The notes below the pieces were generated by a model that saw only the letters and a program-made list of their open reading frames with translations, made no database searches and was not told where the DNA came from. A stretch of 64,000 nucleotides of DNA from Candidatus Micrarchaeota archaeon (GTDB lineage: Archaea; Micrarchaeota; Micrarchaeia; Norongarragalinales; SBBD01): NCBI GenBank assembly GCA_018819225.1, contig JAHJQN010000005.1, forward strand, positions 47,168-111,167, in the 5' to 3' direction. Positions 29,933 through 39,076 of this stretch are shown here, piece by piece. The translations under genes and the position numbers were made by a program. Within the stretch, counting starts at the first letter, position 1; the number at the start of each line of letters is the position of its first letter.

Positions 29933-30207
29933 CCCGCTTCTTTTTGCTGCTGCCAGTACGGTTTCCGACGCTCCGCGTCATGCTCGAGAGCCTCGAACGC
30001 GTAGTGCTGCAATACGGTCGACATCTTCAACGCGTCCGCCGGCTTGAAGTACACGGATTCCGATCCCTCGATTCCATCGCGCCGCATGCGCATTGAAACG
30101 CTGGAGGAAAGCGGCTTGCCGTCCTTTTCCCGACCTTCCCAAAAACTCACGTCCACGCTGCGCTTCGCGTAAGGAAACGCGAACTGCAGGCTCTTCCTCG
30201 GCCTCAT
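29926..30207 (-). CDS. Small hypothetical protein downstream of radA
   Basis: About 93-aa ORF co-oriented with radA. Confidence 0.6.
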   Translation of the reverse strand: MRPRKSLQFAFPYAKRSVDVSFWEGREKDGKPLSSSVSMRMRRDGIEGSESVYFKPADALKMSTVLQHYAFEALEHDAERRKPYWQQQKEAGQ

Positions 30208-30250
30208 TTTCAACCACCCGCTTATTCAAAGAGCCTCCCATCAAAAAAAA

Positions 30251-31216
30251 TCAAAGGTCTCCGATGCCGTCCGTGCTCACCGTAAATACGCATTCGCCGT
30301 CTGGAAGACTCGGAGAGTCCACGAGCTTGGAAATGCGGCGATCCTCTTTGCTTCGGCGAAAGTACATGCGGTACGTGCTCTGATGCGCCACAATGTTTCC
30401 TCCCACGGGCGTCGTGGGATCCCCGAACAAAATGTCGGGCCGGTCCATGACTTGGTTCGTCACGTAAATCGCTAGATTGAATTGCTCCGCCAAACGCTGC
30501 AAGTCATGCAAGTGATTGTTCAATCGCCCCTGCCGCACTTGAAGCGTTCCTCTCCCAATGTAATCGTTTCGAAACGCGCTCATCAGCGAGTCCACGACAA
30601 TAATTTTGATGTTCTTCTCCTTGATGAGCTCGCTCGCCTTTTGAACGAGCAAAATTTGGTGGTCCGAGTTTTTAGCGCGCGCCACAAACACTCGCTTCAG
30701 CGTCTCATCCGCATCCAAGCCCTTGGCCTGCGCCATCTGAGCCAAGCGCTCGGGACGGAACGTGTTCTCGCTGTCAATTAAAAGTGCGGCGCCATCCAAT
30801 CCGCCCTTGTCCTTCGGGAGTTGCACGTTCACGCACAACTGGAAGCCCAGCTGCGATTTTCCGCTCCCGAATCGACCAAAAGCTTCCGTGATCGCCTGCG
30901 TCTCAATACCCCCGCCCAACAATTGATTCAATTCCTCGCTTCCCGTAGAAATTTTTTCAATCAACTTCCGGCGATCAAGCAACACCGCTCCGTCTTCGTA
31001 AGAAGGCTCGACGGCTTGCTTGGCTGCTGCAATGACCTTGACCGCCGTATTCAATCCGATTCCAGTTGCTTCAACGAGCTCGGCCGGCATGCTCGCTGCC
31101 ACGGATTCAATGTCGTAACCGGCTTCCTTGATCTTCGAGAGAATGTTTTCGCTGATTCCCTGAAGATCCTCGATGGTTTCCACTCGCTTTTCCTTTTGCG
31201 TCTCTTCATCTGCCAT
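30251..31216 (-). CDS. radA: DNA repair and recombination protein RadA
   Basis: GGGIETQAITEAFGRFGSGKSQ, IDSENTFRPER, TNQV; no intein. Confidence 0.97.
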   Translation of the reverse strand: MADEETQKEKRVETIEDLQGISENILSKIKEAGYDIESVAASMPAELVEATGIGLNTAVKVIAAAKQAVEPSYEDGAVLLDRRKLIEKISTGSEELNQLLGGGIETQAITEAFGRFGSGKSQLGFQLCVNVQLPKDKGGLDGAALLIDSENTFRPERLAQMAQAKGLDADETLKRVFVARAKNSDHQILLVQKASELIKEKNIKIIVVDSLMSAFRNDYIGRGTLQVRQGRLNNHLHDLQRLAEQFNLAIYVTNQVMDRPDILFGDPTTPVGGNIVAHQSTYRMYFRRSKEDRRISKLVDSPSLPDGECVFTVSTDGIGDL

Positions 31217-31413
31217 GTTTCTCACCTTTATGCCAAGAGCCTTTATGAAAAAGGCATTTTCGGCCTCAATAACAGTAAACAACTCAAGATGACGCGCGTA
31301 TTTAAAGAGAAGTGCCTACCCCATTTCCACTGTGGCACAACCGTTCAACCTAAACCTTTTATTGAGGACTGCAAGATCAAGTTGATCAACTGAATCGGAA
31401 AGGTGGACGCCCT

Positions 31414-31974
31414 ATGGAAAATCCTATCGTGAACGGTTTACTGCTCGTATCCCTGCTATTGTTAGGGTGTTTAGGCGGATCCGCCAATACAGCGGCTACT
31501 CATACTCCCCAAACGGATGAAACGCATCAAGTCATGGAGGGGGACGTGATGGATCAAGAAGAAGGAAATGCCATGCAAGACAACGGGCATGCGGACGACG
31601 GCGCGGTGATGGAAAAAGCGACGTATACGCCTTTTACGCAAGCGGCATTCGATCAAGCGAAAACCGAAGGCAAAGTGATTTTCTTGGAGTTTTACGCGAA
31701 CTGGTGTCCCACGTGTCAAGTACAAAAACCGAAACTCGAGCAAGGATTCACGGATCTTAATAATCCGAAAGTGGTTGGTTTCCAAGTAAACTACAAAGAC
31801 TCGGAAACCGATGGAGACGAACAGGCATTAGCACAACAATACGGCATTACGTACCAGCATACGCACGTTATTATTGATAGCAACGAGAACCTATTATTGA
31901 AGGAGTTGACGGACTGGAGCGCACAGGAGACGGTTGAAAAACTGAACGCAGCAACCGCTCAAGCCGGAGCCTAA
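31414..31974 (+). CDS. Exported thioredoxin-family (lipo)protein
   Basis: LLLGC lipobox-like, FYANWCPTC. Confidence 0.88.
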   Translation: MENPIVNGLLLVSLLLLGCLGGSANTAATHTPQTDETHQVMEGDVMDQEEGNAMQDNGHADDGAVMEKATYTPFTQAAFDQAKTEGKVIFLEFYANWCPTCQVQKPKLEQGFTDLNNPKVVGFQVNYKDSETDGDEQALAQQYGITYQHTHVIIDSNENLLLKELTDWSAQETVEKLNAATAQAGA

Positions 31975-31997
31975 AAAACAAAGCAAGGGATAAAATA

Positions 31998-32735
31998 ATG
32001 GTAGAGATCACACTGGCGCTGGCGTTTCTGGCCGGACTTATTTCGTTTCTGAGTCCGTGCGTCATGCCGTTAATTCCGGCATACTTGACGTTCTTGGCTG
32101 GAACCACGGCTAAAGATGTGCAAGATAAAGTCGAGGGAGTACGCAAGCGCATTTTTCTAAGCAGCGTTTTCTTCGTCCTCGGATTCGGCGTCGTGTTCTC
32201 GCTTATTGGCGTGTTGCTGCAAAGCGTGTTAAGCAGCATCGCATTCGATGTCCAACGCTATCTCGGATACGTCGGAGGCGCCGTCATCATACTATTTGGA
32301 TTGATTCTCATCGGAGTGCTCAAAATCCCGTTTCTGCAAGCCGAACACAAACTATCCGTTAAGAAAACGCGTTTCCAGTACCTTACCTCATTCATTTTTG
32401 GAGCGGCTTTCGCCGTCGGATGGACGCCTTGCGTCGGAGCCGTGCTCGGAGGGGTTCTGACCCTCGCGGCGACTCAACCGGGAGTGGCATTCCCGCTTAT
32501 GCTCGCGTACTCGCTGGGGCTCGGACTACCGTTCCTGCTCGCCGGCGCATTCTTCTCGCGCACCACGGGAATCATTCAATGGCTGGGGCCGTACTTGAAA
32601 ATCATTAACGTGTTCTTTGGAATTGTGCTGGTGATTCTCGGCATCCTCGTGTTCACGGATTCCTTGAGCCAAATCGCTAACCTCTTGATTCCCGCGCAAC
32701 TATTGGGTGCGGAACAAGCAATACTCGGAGAGTGA
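31998..32735 (+). CDS. ccdA: CcdA/DsbD-type transmembrane electron transporter
   Basis: SFLSPCVMP and GWTPCVG. Confidence 0.93.
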   Translation: MVEITLALAFLAGLISFLSPCVMPLIPAYLTFLAGTTAKDVQDKVEGVRKRIFLSSVFFVLGFGVVFSLIGVLLQSVLSSIAFDVQRYLGYVGGAVIILFGLILIGVLKIPFLQAEHKLSVKKTRFQYLTSFIFGAAFAVGWTPCVGAVLGGVLTLAATQPGVAFPLMLAYSLGLGLPFLLAGAFFSRTTGIIQWLGPYLKIINVFFGIVLVILGILVFTDSLSQIANLLIPAQLLGAEQAILGE

Positions 32736-33898
32736 AAGAAAACATGAAATGGCAGAATAATCCGTTACTTATTGGGGCCTCGATCGTGTTAATTGCGAGT
32801 GCGATCTGGTTTATTCAGACCGCCAAAAGCCCGATTGAAAGCGCGAGCCATTTGCTTCCCAATGTTCAAACCGCAGGCTCGATCCAGCCGTTTGCCAACA
32901 ATGAAAACGATGACTACGATCCACAACGCGAGATTCCCGTTAAGCCATTTCCGTTAGCGCCCGAATTCCAGCAAATTCACGGATACATCAACGCGCCCGA
33001 AGGACTGTCGCTCAAGAAAGATTTGCAGGGGAAAGTCGTTCTAGTGGATTTTTGGACGTACAGCTGCATTAACTGCATCCGCACCCTTCCGCATTTGAAG
33101 GAATGGCACCGCAAGTACGCGGATAAAGGCTTGGTCATTGTCGGGGTCCATTCGCCGGAATTTGCGTTTGAAAAAGAATTCAAAAACGTTCTTGCAGCCG
33201 TGGAGAATAACGGGATTGAATACCCCGTTATTCTCGATAACGATTTTGTGACGTGGAGATTTTACGAGAATCGGTTCTGGCCGCACAAATATCTCGTGGA
33301 CGCGGACGGATACATCCGGTATGATCACATCGGGGAAGGCGGATACGATGAAACCGAGCAACAAATCATTGAATTATTAATGGAACGCGATCGCAACCTG
33401 CAATGGTCTCAACAAACGAGCAGCGTGACCCCTGCACCTCCGGATTTCTCGCTCATCGAAACCCCTGAAATATATTTGGGTTATGGATTCGCGCGCCAGC
33501 CCCTCGGAAACCCGGAGAATTTCCAACCAGGAGAAATCGTCTCGTACCAGCTCCCTGAATCATTCGAATCCAACCTCGCTTACCTTGAAGGAGATTGGGA
33601 AAATGAAAACGATTTCGTGCGCCTTATCTCCAATACCGGAAAAGTCGCATTGAAATACAAGGCATCCAAACTGAACATCGTCGCCGGTTCTCCCTCGGAA
33701 TCAACGCTCTTCATTGAACTTGACGACCGGCCATTAGGAGAAAATGCAGGGGATGATGTATCGAAAACCGATGGACGCGCTATGGTGAAAGAACAAAAGC
33801 TGTACAATCTCGTTTCCTCGGCCGACTACCAATCCCGAACCATCGTGTTTGAAGTGAACGGGAAGGGGTTTGAGCTTTACACGTTCACGTTCGGATAA
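32732..33898 (+). CDS. DipZ-like exported redoxin
   Basis: DFWTYSCINC, GVHSPEF, HIGEGGY, ETPEIYLG, C-terminal TFTFG. Confidence 0.92.
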   Translation: MKENMKWQNNPLLIGASIVLIASAIWFIQTAKSPIESASHLLPNVQTAGSIQPFANNENDDYDPQREIPVKPFPLAPEFQQIHGYINAPEGLSLKKDLQGKVVLVDFWTYSCINCIRTLPHLKEWHRKYADKGLVIVGVHSPEFAFEKEFKNVLAAVENNGIEYPVILDNDFVTWRFYENRFWPHKYLVDADGYIRYDHIGEGGYDETEQQIIELLMERDRNLQWSQQTSSVTPAPPDFSLIETPEIYLGYGFARQPLGNPENFQPGEIVSYQLPESFESNLAYLEGDWENENDFVRLISNTGKVALKYKASKLNIVAGSPSESTLFIELDDRPLGENAGDDVSKTDGRAMVKEQKLYNLVSSADYQSRTIVFEVNGKGFELYTFTFG

Positions 33899-34014
33899 TT
33901 GAAAAAAGACGAAATACCGTAGCCCCTAGAGGATATTTCGTACTAAAGAATCCGAAATTTTGGCTAGTTAATGCAAATTTCAGTCACCGAAATGCTTATA
34001 TATCACCTATAATC

Positions 34015-34027
34015 TACGATAAACGTA
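34015..34027. promoter_or_regulatory. Candidate Lrp operator TACGATAAACGTA about 20 bp downstream of TATA box
   Basis: Variant of the palindrome at 34710 and 35451. Confidence 0.55.
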
Positions 34028-34064
34028 TCAGGATTTTGTTTATTCGAACAGAATCAGCAAAGAG

Positions 34065-34688
34065 GTGATTGAGTTGCGTCCCACCCGCATACTCGCATTA
34101 GGTTTAATAGTCGCTGGCGTCATGTCGGTAATTGTCTACGCGGCAGTCGAACAATCGGATAACACGAATGTTGCGGTGCCAACAAATAACGGAACTTCCA
34201 CCAACCTATCGGTTGCCGGACGAATGCAGCAATACGTTGGCTTCTACGGAAACATGAGCTACCAGGTCCGTAATGATACGACGGTAGGCAACATTCTGTA
34301 CCAGAAAACCGTTACTCAAGGAGTGCTCTATTTCTTCAAAAATGGCGCTACTCCAACGGAACCGTTCGTGAACGCCTCGACGAACAGCACCACGGATACC
34401 AATTTCTCGCTCACGGGGTATTATGTGACCGGAAACCATTTCGATACGAACGCGTCTGATGGACAATGCGCGTCCAATCTGGATCTGAAGGTATTGAATA
34501 CCACAGATGGCCGAAGCACGGCCATTCTATTTGATTCATCAACAGCTGGCACGGAGAATTACCTCTTCTGCACCAACATCAGTTCGTTCACGTCAACAAA
34601 CGGATTCGGTACCATCAACTACGAGATCGTGGTGGCCAAGACGCCAACGTATATGGCGTATGACATCTGGCACGACTTAACCACCTGA
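34065..34688 (+). CDS. Secreted N/T-rich protein, paralog 1
   Basis: Signal peptide; highly similar to 35521-36123. Confidence 0.8.
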   Translation: MIELRPTRILALGLIVAGVMSVIVYAAVEQSDNTNVAVPTNNGTSTNLSVAGRMQQYVGFYGNMSYQVRNDTTVGNILYQKTVTQGVLYFFKNGATPTEPFVNASTNSTTDTNFSLTGYYVTGNHFDTNASDGQCASNLDLKVLNTTDGRSTAILFDSSTAGTENYLFCTNISSFTSTNGFGTINYEIVVAKTPTYMAYDIWHDLTT

Positions 34689-34709
34689 TGCGAAAAATAT
34701 GAAAATCAA

Positions 34710-34722
34710 TACGATTTTCGTA
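34710..34722. promoter_or_regulatory. Candidate Lrp operator TACGATTTTCGTA upstream of lrp
   Basis: Palindrome identical to 35451-35463. Confidence 0.6.
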
Positions 34723-34835
34723 TTTTTTACTAACCTTTTTCGTTTTTATTTTTTTAGGATTCGCAAAGAAGAGCTTGTGAAGCCCGTTGTTTGGAAGGCT
34801 CGCCGGAAAAAACCCACGTGAGGAGGAAAGGAATA

Positions 34836-35270
34836 GTGGATGAGCTTGACCTCAAAATTGTTCGGCGCCTGCAGGCCGATGGAAGGATTCGCTTCCTCAA
34901 GCTAGCGAAAGAGCTGGACGTCAGTGAAGGGACCATTCGCAAGCGCGTTCAAATCCTCGAGGACAAGAAAGTCGTTATTCAATACTCCGCAATCGTGGAT
35001 CCCCGCAAGATCGGTTTTGATTCCGTGGCGTTTATTGGTTTGAATATTGAACCGCTCAAGTTTCTGAAGGTCGTGGAAGCGCTCTCGCGATTGGAGGAAC
35101 TCTCGTACTTGGCAACGGCAACAGGAGAGCACATGGTGCTTATGGAGGTGTGGATGCGTAACCAAGAAGAGATCACGCGCTTCATCAATGAAAAAATTTC
35201 GGTCATGGACGGCGTAAATAAAATTTCGCCCACCATCATCCTCGAACGCGTCAAGCTTAAGCATAAATAA
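34836..35270 (+). CDS. Lrp/AsnC transcriptional regulator
   Basis: DELDLKIV..LQADGR..LAKELDVSEGTIRKRV HTH, ATGEH; GTG start after GAGGAGG. Confidence 0.95.
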   Translation: MDELDLKIVRRLQADGRIRFLKLAKELDVSEGTIRKRVQILEDKKVVIQYSAIVDPRKIGFDSVAFIGLNIEPLKFLKVVEALSRLEELSYLATATGEHMVLMEVWMRNQEEITRFINEKISVMDGVNKISPTIILERVKLKHK

Positions 35271-35450
35271 TGCGCATCGGCCGGCCCCTTGCTCCAAAAC
35301 CCCTCTTCTTCTTTTGAGGGGCCGCTTGAACTGATAGGCGAAGCCCCCTTCAAAATCAAGAGCTTCTTCGAATACACTACAATGCATTTCACTAAGTCTA
35401 ATAGCAATTATGGTATTCATAACCAAAAGCTTTAAATATATCAATATTAT

Positions 35451-35463
35451 TACGATTTTCGTA
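35451..35463. promoter_or_regulatory. Candidate Lrp operator TACGATTTTCGTA over predicted TSS
   Basis: 20 bp after TTTAAATA box at 35431. Confidence 0.6.
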
Positions 35464-35520
35464 TATTTTTCTTGAATATACTAAATTAAATTCAATAAAT
35501 ATAGGGGTGCTTGTAAATAA

Positions 35521-36123
35521 ATGAAAAACAATCGAGTATTTTTCGTCGCCATATTACTAATAACCGGATCATTTATGGTTTATGCGGTTCAACAGTCCGA
35601 TAATACGAATGTAGCCGCACCAACTGATAACGGAACGTCCAGCAACTTGACCGTTACAGGACGCATGGAGCAGTACGTTGGATTCTACGGCAATTTGACG
35701 ATGCAAGTCCGGAACAATACCGCCGTAGGCAACGTGTTGTACACGAAACCCGTTTCTCAAGGCGTACTGTACTTCTTTGAGACCGGCGTCACTCCATCGG
35801 AACCGTTCGTGAACGCCTCGACGAACAGCACCACGGACGGCAACTTCTCTCTCACGGGATATTACGTGACCGCGAATCACTTCGATTCTTCCGCATCCGA
35901 CGGACAGTGCGGGAGTGCGTTGAACATGCGCGTGTTAAACACAACGGACTCGCGCAGTACGGCTATTATCTATGATTCAACGGGCGCGGGAACGGAGAAG
36001 TACGGATTCTGCACGAACCTCAGCAACTTCGCCACTACCAGCTTCGGTCGGATCAACTACCAAGTCGTTGTGGCAAAAACAGCAGGCTACAATGCATATG
36101 ACATATGGTTCGATTTGACATAG
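35521..36123 (+). CDS. Secreted N/T-rich protein, paralog 2
   Basis: Signal peptide; shares YVGFYGN and EPFVNASTNSTTD with paralog 1. Confidence 0.8.
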   Translation: MKNNRVFFVAILLITGSFMVYAVQQSDNTNVAAPTDNGTSSNLTVTGRMEQYVGFYGNLTMQVRNNTAVGNVLYTKPVSQGVLYFFETGVTPSEPFVNASTNSTTDGNFSLTGYYVTANHFDSSASDGQCGSALNMRVLNTTDSRSTAIIYDSTGAGTEKYGFCTNLSNFATTSFGRINYQVVVAKTAGYNAYDIWFDLT

Positions 36124-36322
36124 AACTAGGAAGAAAATAGCGCATATTTCTTTTGTTTTTTATATTTTTTATTTTATTTTTCTTATTTAAATACTAACTA
36201 TTCGTATCAATAAATACATTACTGGTAAAATATATCTTATAATATATTAATAATATTACGAAATTCGCATAAATAAGTACGAATATAGTAAATAGTATGT
36301 AATGAATTCTGCATAAATCGCG

Positions 36323-37252
36323 TTAGTGAACCAATTCCTTCTTCAGAAGCGACTCCAGCTCGGCAATCAACTCGCGATTCCCCACATATACCGGGGTCCG
36401 CGCGTCCACGTCATCCGCGGAAACATCCAATAACGAAATGCGGCCGTTGCTGCTTCGACCTCCGGCCTGCTCAACAATCATGCCCATGGGATGGCCTTCA
36501 AAGAACAAGCGGAACTTGCCTTGAGGCGCTTTCTTGGTGCCCGGGTACGCAAAAAATCCCCCGTAGTGCAGGACTTGGGAGAAATCGGCCACGAATGCTC
36601 CGCTATACCGGTTCTTAAGTTTTTTCACGCTCACCAAGTCCTCCACAAATTTTTTGAACGAGTCATACCATTGCAAGGGATCGCCTCCGACTCCGTATAC
36701 CGATCCGGGTTCGGGAAGCTGCATATCCTCATTCAAGAGAAAGAATGCGTTTTTGCCTTCCCCTTTACGGTGTTTGACAAACTCGTGGACGCCTCGTCCC
36801 GCCGTATAAACAAGCGTGGTTAACGGACCGTATAGCTTGTACAAGGAAGCCACCTGTTCGCGGCCCTTGCAGGGAAGCGGCTGGCGGTAAATGCCTACAA
36901 TCGTACCGAACGCGTTATTGGATACAATGTTGCTGCTACCGTCCAGCGGGTCCATGGAAACGTGAAACGGAGCATCCGCATTGCATTGAAGGGGTTTCGA
37001 GAGCTCTTCACTGTGAATCGTGTTCACCAACCCCGTTTCCCCCAAACGTTTGACGATGAAATCGTTCGCCCATACATCCAATTCAGCCGTAATTTCACCG
37101 TACTTGTTCTTGTTTTCTTTTCCGAGTTTCAATCGATGGGGGAACTCCTGACGCACATCCGGAGACAGCGCAGCGATTGTTTTCAGTAACTCGGCCAGCT
37201 CGGAATCCTCGAGCGAATCCGCGTGCGAACGAAATGAAAGCGATGAAGACAT
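36323..37252 (-). CDS. fbp: Fructose-1,6-bisphosphatase class I
   Basis: SEE, DPLDGSSN, RYSGAFVAD, GKFRLFFE. Confidence 0.95.
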   Translation of the reverse strand: MSSSLSFRSHADSLEDSELAELLKTIAALSPDVRQEFPHRLKLGKENKNKYGEITAELDVWANDFIVKRLGETGLVNTIHSEELSKPLQCNADAPFHVSMDPLDGSSNIVSNNAFGTIVGIYRQPLPCKGREQVASLYKLYGPLTTLVYTAGRGVHEFVKHRKGEGKNAFFLLNEDMQLPEPGSVYGVGGDPLQWYDSFKKFVEDLVSVKKLKNRYSGAFVADFSQVLHYGGFFAYPGTKKAPQGKFRLFFEGHPMGMIVEQAGGRSSNGRISLLDVSADDVDARTPVYVGNRELIAELESLLKKELVH

Positions 37253-37256
37253 GGGA

Positions 37257-38168
37257 TCACTCGCCCTTTCCGGCCTTCCAAACCCGTACGAATTCCGCGT
37301 ATTTGTCCGCGATCATTTGAACGGCTTGCTCGCTGGAATGTTTCTGTTCCTTGAATCCGTTTAATGCGTCCCAGAAAATCGTTCTTCCAACGGCAAATCC
37401 GATCACGCCCGCTATACCGGAACTCGCTTTCAACCACTGCCTGACTTTCTCGTCATTCGCCCCCCGTCCCAGAGTCACGATCCCAGCATTCGTGAGGTTC
37501 GATCGCGCTTGACGCACGACCGCTTGCACATCCGACTCGTTAACCAGGCCCTCCAGTTTCCAAACGTCCGGTTGCACGCCGGCTTGCTGCAATTCGCTCA
37601 TGCACTGGATCATTAGCTTGGGCCGGATGTGCTCATCGAACGTCTCCGTATTACCACCAGCTTCCCGCAACTGCTTTTCCGATGCAGGAACCAGTAATTC
37701 GAAAAGAAACAAGCGCCCCTGATCATGCAAATAACGAGTCAACTGTTTCAAACGGGCTTGCTGCCTTTTTTTCAGCTCGGAATCGTCTTCGGGATTGTAG
37801 CGCACCAAAACTTTCGCAAACGAGGGATTAAAGTGTTCGATGTGTTTCGCGTAATCCGTTCCGTACTCAAAATCGAATTCGTTTTGACCGCTTTTCTCGA
37901 TCGGCATGGCAAACGTATAGCCCTTGCGTTTCGCGTCTTCCAAAATAGGGGATCCGAACTGTTCGTCAATGAGAATGCCGGCGGATGCTTTGGGAACGCC
38001 TTGCTGTATGGCGCGCTCGAAACCCGCATAAATGATTCGCTTGTAGGCCGAAATTTCGATCGTTTGCTCGGGAGTCGGCACGCCTTCAATTCCGAATAGT
38101 TTTTTCTGAAAACTGCCTCGGTGATCGAAGGCGAGAATCAGGAGCTCTTTGGAATAACCCACTAGCAT
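37257..38168 (-). CDS. DUF2090 / IolC-C-terminal-like TIM-barrel aldolase
   Basis: LAFDHR, PDVWKLEG, LGRGA, GFAVGRTIF. Confidence 0.85.
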   Translation of the reverse strand: MLVGYSKELLILAFDHRGSFQKKLFGIEGVPTPEQTIEISAYKRIIYAGFERAIQQGVPKASAGILIDEQFGSPILEDAKRKGYTFAMPIEKSGQNEFDFEYGTDYAKHIEHFNPSFAKVLVRYNPEDDSELKKRQQARLKQLTRYLHDQGRLFLFELLVPASEKQLREAGGNTETFDEHIRPKLMIQCMSELQQAGVQPDVWKLEGLVNESDVQAVVRQARSNLTNAGIVTLGRGANDEKVRQWLKASSGIAGVIGFAVGRTIFWDALNGFKEQKHSSEQAVQMIADKYAEFVRVWKAGKGE

Positions 38169-38275
38169 ACATCCATCCCCCCTTAAAACGAATACTGAAC
38201 GATGCGCGGAAAACGGGCGCGATTATTAAAATAAAGGGTCTCCTATAAATGGGTTTTGTTGCAGGCGTTAACGAT

Positions 38276-39076
38276 ATGAAAAAATCGGTGCGGAAAGTAT
38301 TGAGTATTGCCGGCTCGGATTCCGGAGGCGGGGCAGGCATTCAAGCGGACTTGAAAACGTTTTCGGCTCTCGGGGTCTATGGAACGACGGTGGTTACCGC
38401 GGTCACCGCTCAAAATACGCGGGAAGTCGCCGCCATTCACAATATTCCCGTTTCCATCATTGAAGCGCAACTGCATGCCGTACTCTCGGATATAGGAGCG
38501 GACGCCATCAAAATCGGCATGCTATCGAACGCGGAAACCATTGAAACCGTCGGGCGAGTGCTCAAACAATACGAAGTGAAAAGTGTTGTGCTCGATCCCG
38601 TAATGGTTTCCGCGACGGGAGCGCCGCTTCTTGAAGAAACAGCGGTGGACGCGTTGAAAAAGCATTTGATTCCCGCCGCAAGCGTGTTGACCCCAAACAA
38701 AGCGGAAGCGGAAATCCTCGTACAAAAACGCATGACGACGAGGGATGAAGCAATTCAAGCGGCTAAAGAAATCCGGGGATTAGGATGCGAAAGCGTGTTG
38801 TTGAAAACGGCGTTTGAGGAAAACGCGCGCGTATTTGACCTGTATTTTGATGGACAAACGTTTAGGGAAATAAGCCATCCCCGTTTGGGTATTGTAGGTC
38901 ACGGAGCGGGTTGCACGCTTTCATCAGCTATCGCGGCATTTCTCGCGGCCGGAGAATCAAAGGAGTCCGCAGTAGAAAAATCAGTGGCGTTCGTTCAAAA
39001 AGCTCTTAAAAGCGCGTATCGCGTGGGATCAACCCATTACGTACTCGGCCATTTTCAAGCCGAGCCGAAAGACTAA
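38276..39076 (+). CDS. thiD: Hydroxymethylpyrimidine/phosphomethylpyrimidine kinase
   Basis: IAGSDSGGGAGIQADLK, TAQNT, DPVMV, HGAGCT. Confidence 0.95.
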   Translation: MKKSVRKVLSIAGSDSGGGAGIQADLKTFSALGVYGTTVVTAVTAQNTREVAAIHNIPVSIIEAQLHAVLSDIGADAIKIGMLSNAETIETVGRVLKQYEVKSVVLDPVMVSATGAPLLEETAVDALKKHLIPAASVLTPNKAEAEILVQKRMTTRDEAIQAAKEIRGLGCESVLLKTAFEENARVFDLYFDGQTFREISHPRLGIVGHGAGCTLSSAIAAFLAAGESKESAVEKSVAFVQKALKSAYRVGSTHYVLGHFQAEPKD

